Assembly: GCA_010909165.1 (NCBI GenBank)
Contig: MU008159.1
Span: 434,001 to 498,000, forward strand
Direction: 5' to 3'
Length of the DNA: 64,000 bases
Source of the DNA: Anthoceros angustus
Taxonomy: Eukaryota; Plantae; Anthocerotophyta
Position numbers and translations under genes: made by a program
Shown: one piece after another, positions 50,855-61,013 of the stretch
Numbering within the stretch: position 1 is the stretch's first letter
Layout of the letters: every line of letters starts with the position of its first letter
Notes under the pieces: model-generated
The model's input: only the letters and a program-made list of their open reading frames with translations
What the model was told of the DNA's origin: nothing
The model's database searches: none

Positions 50855-53800
50855 ATGATGCGGAGGCTGCTGCTCGCCAGGAACAGGGTCGCAGCCGCAG
50901 CAGCAGCGCGCTCCGGCTCCAGCTCTCCGCTGCCGCCTCACGCTCCGGGAGCATCCAGCACCTTCTCCTCAGCTGCTCACAAAAAGCCGCCGCCAGGAGG
51001 CAAGCCCGGCAAGGCGCCTGATGCAGAGCCCAGAATTCCCGATCCCGGTCCAGCTGCCGAGGCCCTGGCCGCCTCTGCTCCGGAAGCGCAGGCGGGAGGA
51101 GCTGCAGCTGCCGCTGGTCCGCCCAGGTCTTCCTCCATTGTCGTCATTGTGGGTTTGGCGATCGTCGCTGCTGCGGGCGGGCTCACCTGGCTCACCTGGG
51201 ACGGCCGGGCTCCGTTCAAGCTGAATTTGCCTCCCAATCCGCTGAAGCAGACCATCCCGGACTCGGACGGAGGGGCTCTGCGGAAGGCGCGCAAGGAGGA
51301 GGCCCGGGGGCTGCAGGAGGATAGGGCGGAGGAGAGTGAGCGGCATGCGGAAGGGAATGCGGATGAGCAGGGGCTGGGGAAGGCGGATGAGCAGGAGCAG
51401 GAGATCGACAGGCAATTGGAGGCCAGCATCCAAGAAACTGTGAGGAGTGTGGATGAGCTGTTGCGCGTTGCGGAGGAGGGGCGGGATGAGGTGGAAGGTT
51501 TTGCTTTGTCGGAGCAGATGGGCGAGGAGAAGCGTGCTGAGGAGGACGAGATTGCGGTCGGAAGTGGGCGCCCGGTTGAGGAGGCGGGATCGGAGACTGG
51601 CGAAGCCGTGCAACATCAAGCTGAGGTGCGGACGGAAAACCTGTGCCTTGCTTGGTTGCGATTTTCAGATGCTCAGTGTTGTTTTTGATAGGCTTCATGC
51701 ACTGGTTTCTGGAATGGAAAGGTAGCTTCCCAAGCCGCGAAGTGGAGGGCAAGAGTTGGTGACTCGGCTCTAGGATTCGGGGCTGTGTGTGTTGGGTCTT
51801 GCAGTGATTTTCAGTGAGATCATGGTTTCAGTTTCACTGGATCAGGTTCCCGAGGGGCAAGATCATGAGAAGGAGTCCGCTTCCATTGCAAACCGGGGGG
51901 TGGTTGAAGAATATTCTGAAAACCAAAATGAAGGTGCTCTTGAGAGTCATGTGGACAGAGGGGATGGAGTCAAGGGGGGATCAACCGGTGAGGATGTATC
52001 TGACAGTCCCAGGGTGGAGCTGCTTGATGACAGTCCTCTCACCCAGACGATCAAGGATGGTTTGGAGAAGGGAGGGGGAACAATTGATGATGGGAATGTG
52101 ACCGAACCAGATACTGATTCTTCGCGGGAAGAAGAGCTGTTGGATGAAAACGCCGACAACCCATCTAGGAGTTATCAGGACTGGGGAGAGGGGTCATGGG
52201 TTTCGAGAAGAGCGGATGATGAGCAGAGTGATGCTGCCTGGGGGCAAGGGGGTTTCTCTGAAGAGTTTCTTCTTCAACGAGCACATCAAGAGAATGTCAC
52301 AAGCTTTTTGAACGGGGGGAAAGAAGGCAGACCAGTTCGCACTACCCGTGACGAGTCGAGAGAGGTCTTTTCCTGAGTCCCTAGAGGTTAACTCGTGTCA
52401 TCCTGAAAGGTTTTATCAGACGTATGCTGTAGTGGCACTAAGACAGCATGTGTTGTCCTCTCCAGCCATCTCTTCAAGTTGAACCTGATATACTCGTTGG
52501 AGCCATGCATGCAGCAGCACAAAAGCAAGCTGAGACAGATTCCCGTGAGTTTAATAGGTCTCTGCAGAAGTTAAGGGTAAGACTGAGTGGTTAGAAAAAT
52601 ATCCTAGACCACAGTAGGAATATGATAGGCGTTTCAAAGGCGCAGTAGATTTTTTGTGCCTGCAGGCAAGTGATTTGGATCACTCCGAATGCATCCTTTC
52701 TGTCAGGCCTGTATCATGATGCAGTATCTGGTGAACGCAGGAGGAGCATGCGACCGAACTGAAAGATGCTCATGCAAAAGAGCTCATGTATGCCGAAGCT
52801 GCAGACCGTCTACAAAAGGTTTGTTATTGTGATGAGCTTGTTTACTTTCTTCATTCCAGGTGTAATTTATCAATGGGAGTCTGTTTGGTATTCGCAGGAG
52901 GTTATCAAAGAACAACGGAAAGCTGAGGAGAGAGTGAGGCTACTGCAGCAGGCAGCAGAGGAGAGACTGAAGAGTGAACTGAGGCGAAAGGTTGCTACCT
53001 CTTTCATTTGTATTTCACAGAGCTGGTTGAATGCATCATCACAATCTAAGATACTAAATTGGCTTAACTGATTTGTCTGGGAACTCATGCTGCAGGATGA
53101 AGAGACAAAGAGAGCTCTGGAGGAAGCTCAAAAGCTTGCAGTGCTTCAAGCTAAGGCGTCTGTAGCTGAGGAAAGGGCGGCTCACATTGAGGAACTGGAT
53201 GGTGTGAAGCTACAGGTATAATGAAACTTAAGAGGACGTGGAAATTCTCATGAATTCTCCTTGGCTGCTGTAGAGTTGCAGGTGTTTGGTCCTAACAGGA
53301 TACTTTCCTTCACTTGAAAGCAGTGTTGCTGAACTATGTCCATGTAGGTAGATGCCCTGCGAACTGCATTCTACGCCCGGTCAGAAGAGGCTAAAAAAAG
53401 CCATACTGCACACAAACTCTCCATGGTAGGTTGCTCTTCGGCAATGTCTGGCAGTCACAGTCTGCTGTCATGGCAAACCTAAAGTGATGTCATGTGGCTG
53501 TTTGATCTGCTCCAGGGAGCATTTGCATTTGAGAATGCAATGAGAACTGGTGCTCCGGTTGTTAAAGAAGCAATCTTGCTGATTGCATCTGCTGGAGGAC
53601 CTGGTGAGGATCCTGTGTTGGACGCTGCACTGGCCTCCATCCCGGGGGAAGCTTTCCAAGAGGGCACCAAGACACGTGCTCAACTGCATCAAAAGGTATG
53701 CTCTTTTTCTTGGTACCGGTGTGATAAATGACTTCAGGGAGCTGCTGCTTCTCAAAACCATACGCATATCCTAATGTGAATCTCTGTGAAAGCACAGTTC

Positions 53801-54219
53801 ACCAGAATGAAGGGTCCTCTGAGGGAGCTGGTATTGATACCTGCTGGCAGTGGAGGTGTATTCACGCACCTTTTGGCGAGACTTGTTGCAAACATCAAGG
53901 TACGTTTACGACATAACTAATCTCATCGCAACTTGCATCTCAACCAGAAACCAATTTGACTGTCGCTGCGCAGGTGAGCGAGCAAAGTCCCTACGTGGGG
54001 AATGAGGGAATTGAATCCGCAATTGGTCATGTCGAGAAGTACCTGGCAGAGGGAAAGCTGGCAGAGGCAGCAGACCTCTTGGAGAAGAATGCTCAAGGCA
54101 CCAAGGCCGAGGAACTGGCAGCGGAATGGGCCAGACTGGCTCGAAACCGTGCCATCATGGAACAGGCTCTGCAGCTCATCCAATCACATGCTGTGGCCAT
54201 TGCATCGAGCCTGGCGTAG
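50855..54219 (+). CDS. MIC60: MICOS complex subunit MIC60 / mitofilin (multi-exon)
   Basis: Arg/Ala/Ser-rich transit peptide, TM (IVVIVGLAIVAAAGGLTW) and coiled coil. Plant MIC60 motifs AFYARSEEAKKSHTAHKL and GIESAIGHVEKYLAEGKLAEAADLLE…WARLARNRAIMEQALQLIQSHA. GT-AG introns, e.g. 51626-51845. Confidence 0.93.
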
Positions 54220-55337
54220 CCTGTGTTCCATTTTTTGACCCCTGAAATTGTGAGTTGGACAGTTTTGCAATCGCACAAGTCTAAACACGCCTGGGGATAA
54301 CTCTTCGATGCGACGAGCCGGTCTGGTGTAAGGAAGAGATATTCGTCATCCAAACTCTGGGCAGCTGTTTACATTGAAATTTGAAGGGCCCCGGCAATCT
54401 CATATCTCGAAAGTCCTTGGTCACAGCCCTTGGTCGCATGTTTTCTTGCCCATCTCGATGCACAGAGCATGAAATGTCGTCGCGATCTCTGCCCTAGTTG
54501 AAATGGTGCACTTGGAAGTGACAAGTCAGAGATTGATGGCAACTCCTAGCCACCATACGAACAGGCTCTGGATCAAATGAATGGCAGCGAAATTTCATGC
54601 TCTGTAGATTGAGATGGGCAAGCAAACACGGGGCTAGGGTGCTGTGACCAAGCACTTGGAGATTGAAATCGACAGAAAAACACGACACCACGGTGCTGTG
54701 ACCAAGGACTCATTGAGATCGACAAGAAAACACGGCACTAGGGTGCTGTGAGCAAGGACTTTTCCTGCTTCAACTGTCCTTGTCAGAAATGTCGTGGATG
54801 GGCGAAAATTACCAGACCTACGGCAGCAAGTGGAAGACACCAGCATGAAGCTTTCTCCCTGTGGCTCGCTCATGGCTTCCAAGACCTCCTTCCTCTTGCG
54901 TGCTTCATGACCCTCTGTGGGAATATTGGGAAACACAATGACCATGTCCATGATGGACATGGTACGGAATTACTGGAACACCACCACAAGGCCGATACAT
55001 CGACACTCATGCATGAGCGCGGAGAAATATGACCCTCGACCATGGGTAGGAGAATTCCCTCCGGAGGACAGCAAGCGAGGGTTGAGACTGGAGAGAGGCG
55101 GCAGTCACTCGTTTCAAAGGATGAGACAAGAACATGGATCCATTTCGATACAATACAACAGCTTGTTGCTGCAGACCAGTAGTAAATGAAGGAGAGCAGA
55201 TGAAGGGGACGCAACATTGTTTTGTGCATACAAGGGGCAGTTCTCCGAATCGATTGGATTACTGACCGTTTGTGAGGAGAGTTCTCTTTCCATGGAGTTC
55301 AGAAATTTTATAAGCCATAATGTTAAGGATAAGTAAG

Positions 55338-55476
55338 CCGCCTTGATGCGGACCCAAATCATGTGCAGTGTCTGAATTTTTCTCCGGGGCTGGGGCCGTA
55401 TGAGACAGCTTGCTATTTCGGCTCCACGCGCGTCGCCCTAGTATTGCTCAACTTCCATTGCCTGGCGAACCCCACT
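55338..55476 (+). pseudogene. U2: 5'-deleted U2 snRNA copy
   Basis: Retains an Sm-like AATTTTTC and the stem-loop III/IV region (CAGCTTGCTATTTCGGCTCCACGCGCGTC…GTATTGC). The upstream 55050-55337 is a diverged direct repeat of 56966-57277. The U2 5' domain is missing. Confidence 0.7.
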
Positions 55477-56082
55477 TCCCCTCACGGGGACTCAAAAAAA
55501 ACCTCAAAAGTATATTGGAATCGGACATCTGATGGTGAGTAGGCCATCACATCAGCTGATTATCCTCGGCCAATTCTGCTCATCCGATGGGCGATCACAT
55601 CACCTGATCATCCTCGGCCATTTCTGCTCCTCCTTACAGGACCATTTGTGAGGCTGTTGTGGTTCGGAGTGAGTTCTGTTTGTTACATGGTTATCGCTCA
55701 GGGCTGAGCGTGCTTGATGACGAGAAGATGTAGATCTGAGCAACAAAACCTTATTCGAGGTCGACAAACTCTACGCATATGCCTATGCCAGTCTCTCATC
55801 GCCACTTCACCGTCACAATAGGACATAGGCAGGAACATCACCTCAGTCTGTGGCCTATGCCCTCGAGCCTGGTTCCAAACTTGAATTACATCCTTCACCA
55901 TCACGTTTGCACAATTCTCGACACTGCCAGGCTGATGTTTTGACACGTTCAGCGTGCCAGTGGTAGCGTCAGCTGCATTGTCCTGCTGGCCATTCACAGT
56001 GGCAGTGGCAGTGGCATAATTCCGGCGGCCAGCCCAGTAGTGACGTTCTTTGATTCTTGCAGATGTCACATGTGGTTACTTC

Positions 56083-56590
56083 TAGATGTCCATCTCTGCA
56101 AGAGCAAAGGCTGTTCACAAAATGGTGTAAACAGTGAGCTTCTCTCACTATTGATCTCCCGTTTTTTATGCTCGATAGGACTTTGGTTCCACTATAGCAG
56201 TCATTGCACATACCAAGTTTTTGGTGACCAACAGGGGTGTGCAGAAGCCCGTATGCCACCACCTTCTCAGCATGTCTACATAAGGCATCTTCCTGCTTTC
56301 TTTCCGCAACTCGCTTTAGCACCAATTGGCTGTGTGGTACATGGCCTCCATCATCCTTCAACAGAGAATTCAAGCTGCTTAGCTTGAAGGAATCGTCTTC
56401 CCTGTACTCTCCCAACGTATGTCTGGACCTGGCTGTTGAGCTCAATCCAGGCCTTTGCAGCCTTCTTGGATGCAACTGTAGACTTTCTCAAGTTCTCTAC
56501 CCTAGCTACATCCCTCCGTTTATGCAAGCATCTGCATATAGATTTCCACGCAGCACGCACGCGCTGCTGCACTCTCAGGTTCCAGCCTGG
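56083..56590 (-). pseudogene. PPR E2-E+-DYW remnant of the DYW:KP / DRH-like (U-to-C editing-associated) type
   Basis: KKAAKAWIELNSQV (KPAxA-like box), EDALCRHAEKVVAYGLLHTP (HAE), MCNDCY, and LHHFVNSLCSCRDGH followed by C-TAG. Frameshifted, with no upstream PPR array. Confidence 0.85.
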
Positions 56591-57900
56591 AACACCTGGT
56601 GCTATCTGGGCGGGAATACCCCTGGACCAGGCTACAGCGAAGGTCCTCCTGAACTTTCTGTGTGCAGCTATGGTACACTATGGCGCTGATTCAATTCCTG
56701 TGCTTCAGCCTCAAGATTTCCTCGCCTGGCAGGGCTATGCTTTCTGGTGCTTCTTCTTGACGTGCATGGGTACACCCAGGAAACGCTTCAAGCCCATAAT
56801 TGTCAGGGCCACCAGACCCTGACAATTATGGGCTTGAAATACAATAGGTACAGGTACTACTGGTCAGCCAATGACCCTAGGCACAGGGTCCCTTGAATTT
56901 CCATCACCCGCTTCAGGATGGGTTGTCTAAGGATCAGCGCAAGATAGGAGAAGACCAGGACAAGAATATTCCCTTCGGAGGACAGCAAGCGAGGGTTCCA
57001 CACCTTTAGACTGGAGTGAGGCGGCAGTCACAGGTTTCAAAATACAGGACAAGAACATGGAACCGTTTCGATCCATTACAGCAGCTTGTTGCTGCAGAGC
57101 AGTATTCAATTGAAGTAGAGCAGACAAAGGGCATTACAAGCGCTTTGTATTGTGCATACAAGGCGCAGTTCTGACAATCAATTGGATCATTGTCCGCTTC
57201 CGTGGAACACTCATCTACCGTTCTCTTCCCAGCTCAGAAACACATAACCCATGATGTTAAGCATAAGTAAGGCGCCTCCGCGACGATACAAGGACTGGAT
57301 ACTTTGCACCGAGAAGTATACCTTTCTCGGCCTTTTGGCTAAGATCAAGTGTAGTATCTGTTCTTATCAGTTTAATATCTGATACGTGGGTCATGGATCC
57401 ACACGATATTAATCTAATTTTTTTCGAGGGGTGGAGCCATACGGGGAAGCTTGCTACCTCGGCTCCACGCGCGTTTCTCTGGTATTGCACTACATCCAAT
57501 GCCTAGCGCACCCCACCTCCCCACCCGGGGACCCAATCAAATCCAACAAGGACGTAGACACGCAGTTTCAATTGATCATTCTACAGAAAGGCAATCTCCA
57601 CACGCACATTCATCTACTACTCTACAAAAAGGGAGGAAATTTCCACACTCGGTTTCATTTAATAGTTCACACGGAGGAAATTTCCACACTCGGTTTCATT
57701 TGATAGTTCGGAGAAAGGAAATTTCCACAGTAAGTAAGGGAATGCAGATTCAGACTCGTGAAATGAAATGTGGGTTCTCTTGTTCGTCTTCGGCCAAAGC
57801 AGCTTCGCCTTGAAGGATCTTGGACCCCGCTATGGAGCTGAGCATGAAGGATTTATAGAAATGGGACAAATCTGGTCATTGTGGTGAAACATGTCGCGAA
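56318..57900. repeat. Right arm of the inverted duplication (interrupted by the U2 block 57150-57595)
   Basis: Reverse complement of 47160-48391. Confidence 0.9.
57318..57515 (+). ncRNA. U2: U2 spliceosomal snRNA
   Basis: Canonical plant 5' domain ATACCTTTCTCGGCCTTTTGGCTAAGATCAAGTGTAGTATCTGTTCTTATCAGTTTAATATCTGATA, a U-rich Sm-like site (AAT8CG, slightly atypical) and loop IV TATTGCACTAC. Confidence 0.92.
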
Positions 57901-58586
57901 ATGTCTCTCTAGAGGAGATTTTCCCTACATCTCGGGATGACTTTTGCCGGTGCTGGCCACCTCCATGTCAGCTGGCAGATGGTTGTGTCACCCAAGAATT
58001 AGAACCGAAAAGTGTCACGCATCTCACCCACAGGACTGGGAGTGGCTGTACTGTGGGAGTTGGCTTGGTAGACAATATTAATGTCATGTATGCTCTGCTT
58101 GAGCAGTCTTGAATTCCATGTCAGAATTAATGCAAACGTTAACGTGCATTCCATAATATGTTAAAGGTGGAATGCACAATCAAAGGATGTGGCGAGCAGG
58201 TTCATTTGTCATGAGGCTTTGTAGGCTAGCTGAGTAGGAGGACGATGTCATTTTGTCGAGTGATAGCTAAGTTCCCTCAAATTTGGTCGCAGAATGGGGT
58301 TTTGACAAAATGTGCACACTTCGTTTCAGGCATAACGAGCATGGGCAGAGACCCAAGCAAAGTCCGAGCATGGCCGATTCCCAAAAAGATACGAGAAAGA
58401 AGGGTCTGTTCGTAAAGAATGTCTTTTTTCTGTCTTCATTCGTGTTCCACTTTCCACTTGTGTAGCTACGAGGTCATCACGGACAGACAGCATAACTATT
58501 ACATACGTCCCTTCCTTAGACGCCGCCTATTTATGTTCAGTCTCCCGCACAGATTCAGGTCAGGAAGCAAAGACTGGCTATGGCGA

Positions 58587-59970
58587 TCACGGGACAGTGT
58601 AGAAGGCGGTGGTGCCAGGCGCAGTCCAGTGGCAGACGGCAGCTTGGCCAGGCTTCAAGCCGAGTACGTGAAACGCGATGTGATCTGGACGGAAAGTGGA
58701 TGTACTCTTATGACAGGCTACGACATTGGAGACGGAGATGGCGGGATGATCCTCAACAGCACTAGTACGCAACATGACAGAGTAGAGCTGAGTGTCCTGA
58801 ATACTATGGCAGGCCTGCATCATGTACGGGAAGGGATTGAAGGAGCGATGGCAGAGCACATTAGGTCGGGTGGCCACTCCGAGCGGCTCCACCGAGACCA
58901 CCTCCAAGAAAGAGCTGGCGATGGAGTGCTGGTCCGAAATCAGAGAGCCGCTGGTCGCCGTGCTTACCCTAACGCTTCCGTGTTCTTGGACCAGATGTGC
59001 CGACACAAAATCGGCCACATCCTCCACCGACCGGGTGCAGGTACGCACCTCGTTGTCGCTCGCGCCGGGGTAGTGGATGCAGGTGTCGTAGGTGGAGGCC
59101 ATGGCAGCAGCCAATTTGGAGTTCGGCTGCACCCGCAGCGTCTGCAGAAGCTGTGTCCATTCCAGCTTGTCCAAGGCGGATACTAGGGCGCGAGGGAGGA
59201 AGGCACCGGCTCCCGCTGCGAAGCCCTCGCCCCTGCTGAACAAGACGCCCGGCGCCTTGGCTCCTGGAGCGGGTAGGTTTTCTTGGACGAAGTACGTCTC
59301 GCGGGCCAGCGCCAGCTCCTGCTCTGAGGAGCTCTCCGTCTCCTCCTCGTTGTTGATCTGCTCCGGATTCGAGTTCCAGTGCTGGTTCCAATGAGTTTGG
59401 CCCAATGTGAGAGGTTGCCCCGGATGCTCTTTGTTTATCTGCTCCGGATTCCAGTCCCATAGCTGGTTCCAATAAGTTTGGCCCACTGTGAGCTGTTGCG
59501 CCGTATCCTCTTTCTTGTTCCCTTCGGAGTTCAAATGAGTTTGTTCCACTGTGAGTGGTGGCTCCTTTTTATTGCTCGGCTCCAAGTGCTTGTTCCATTT
59601 GAAGTTCGAAGTTGCGAGAGGTTGCGACAAGCTGCCCGATCCTGGCAGTGCGCCGTGCTTGCTGTGCTCCTGCGACGGGCAGATGATGCCGGAGGCGAAG
59701 CAGAAGGCGGCAGCTTCCGCGTCGCGGTTAGGGTTGAGAGCCGGAAGCGATGGCCTGGCCGAATCGAGTCACTTGTTCCCGTGAGAGCCGGGACACCAGG
59801 CTCGGCGTCCATCCTTGCGGCAGAGGAGTGCTGCCGAGTTTGCTGTTCCAGTGGTGCACAACGTCCGCGTTTAAACTTGGTGGCGGAACGGGAACGTGGA
59901 GCTCGGCATCAGCTGGTAGCTCTTGTGATGGCAAATCAAGAGCACTTGCTGCAATTATCGGTTGGAGCTG
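58587..59970 (-). CDS. BURP-domain protein with fused Trp-rich repeats (candidate autocatalytic peptide cyclase / burpitide precursor)
   Basis: The 347-aa ORF 58587-59630 has RETYFVQENL (FF-equivalent) and CH-x12-CH-x30-CH-x25-CHW. The upstream PG1beta-like segment (HHWNSKLGSTPLP…AAAFCFASGIICP) is joined via one frameshift at ~59738. Acceptor TTGCAG at ~59980; the first exon is unresolved. Confidence 0.88.
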
Positions 59971-60436
59971 GAGCTGCACCTGCAAGTATGAGCAATCCAT
60001 GCAAGCCACTGGTGTAAGCTTCCATCTCTACCCAGCCGCAGGAAATACATCACGAAGAAATAGTAGTGAACAACTCCATCCAGAAGAAATAGTACTGAAC
60101 AACTCGAGCGCGCACCAAGTGGCACATGAAGATGAGCAGGAAGGCCCCTCGGAGGGCTACAGCACACGTACTAGTGGCCAAACCGAGGGCTGCAGCACAC
60201 GTACTAGTGGCCATAGCGACACCAAAAATCTATTGCTTATGCGACACCAAAATCTGTTCCTTATCCGCCATGGCTATGGTGCCTTAAGAGGCCGGCTCGT
60301 CGAGGCCGTGGGACGCTATCTCACCTCCAGGATCCTGCTCCTACTCTCACCAACCTTCCACATCATAGGTTCCACATGCACATCCAACCCACCACATCAA
60401 TGAATGCGCAAGCCGGCCGTTGCTTAGAATAAAATG

Positions 60437-60563
60437 TGAGCATTGCGAGATTCGAACTCGCGTTCTCTAGGAGCCTTTGGGAATGAAACCCTCATTGAGG
60501 GAGACAACGGTTTTCACACAATACCTTTTGCAGCCTAGCGTCATTCCACTTGACCAAATGCTC
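60437..60563 (-). ncRNA. tRNA-like gene with 55-nt intron (tRNA-Pro-like body, apparent anticodon GCA)
   Basis: Fully paired stems GAGCATT/AATGCTC, GTCA/TGAC, CTAGG/CCTAG and GCGAG/CTCGC. A and B boxes, discriminator A, downstream TTTT. Confidence 0.75.
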
Positions 60564-60888
60564 CAGGGCGTCAAATTCTGCCTTTCACATATGCACGTAT
60601 CTACCAACCTGCCACATCCAGATGCTCGTACACATGCTCCCCAGGTGATGTTAGCAACTCGCTTGGCTAGCCCTTCTCGCTGGGCCATCTCCGAAGCGAT
60701 AAATGCTGGCAATTCAGAGTAGCGGGGAGAGGGCTGGGGAGGAGATGAGGAGAGGCAGGCAGGGAGCGGGTAGGCGGCGGGCGGGGAGAGGCTCTCTCTG
60801 GAGCCTCCCAGGCCCTAGGGGCTCGCCATATTGCATGACCTTTGGCCTAACAATGAAAGCGATGCCCGGCCGTGCTTAGAATAAAATC

Positions 60889-61013
60889 TGAGCATTGCGA
60901 GAATCGAACTCGCGTTCTCTAGGTGGCTTCAAATTTAGAACTCTCATTAGGTGAGAATTGCTTTGCAAACAATACAACAGCAGCCTAGCGTCATACCACT
61001 TGACCAAATGCTC
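60889..61013 (-). ncRNA. tRNA-like gene with 53-nt intron (same body, apparent anticodon GCT)
   Basis: Same four stems as 60437-60563, a diverged insert, and a shared 3' flank ATTTTATTCTAAGCA. Confidence 0.75.

Noticed and set aside
50969-51752. Long minus-strand ORFs overlapping MIC60 exon 1
   Set aside because: Antisense shadows of a GC-rich coding exon.
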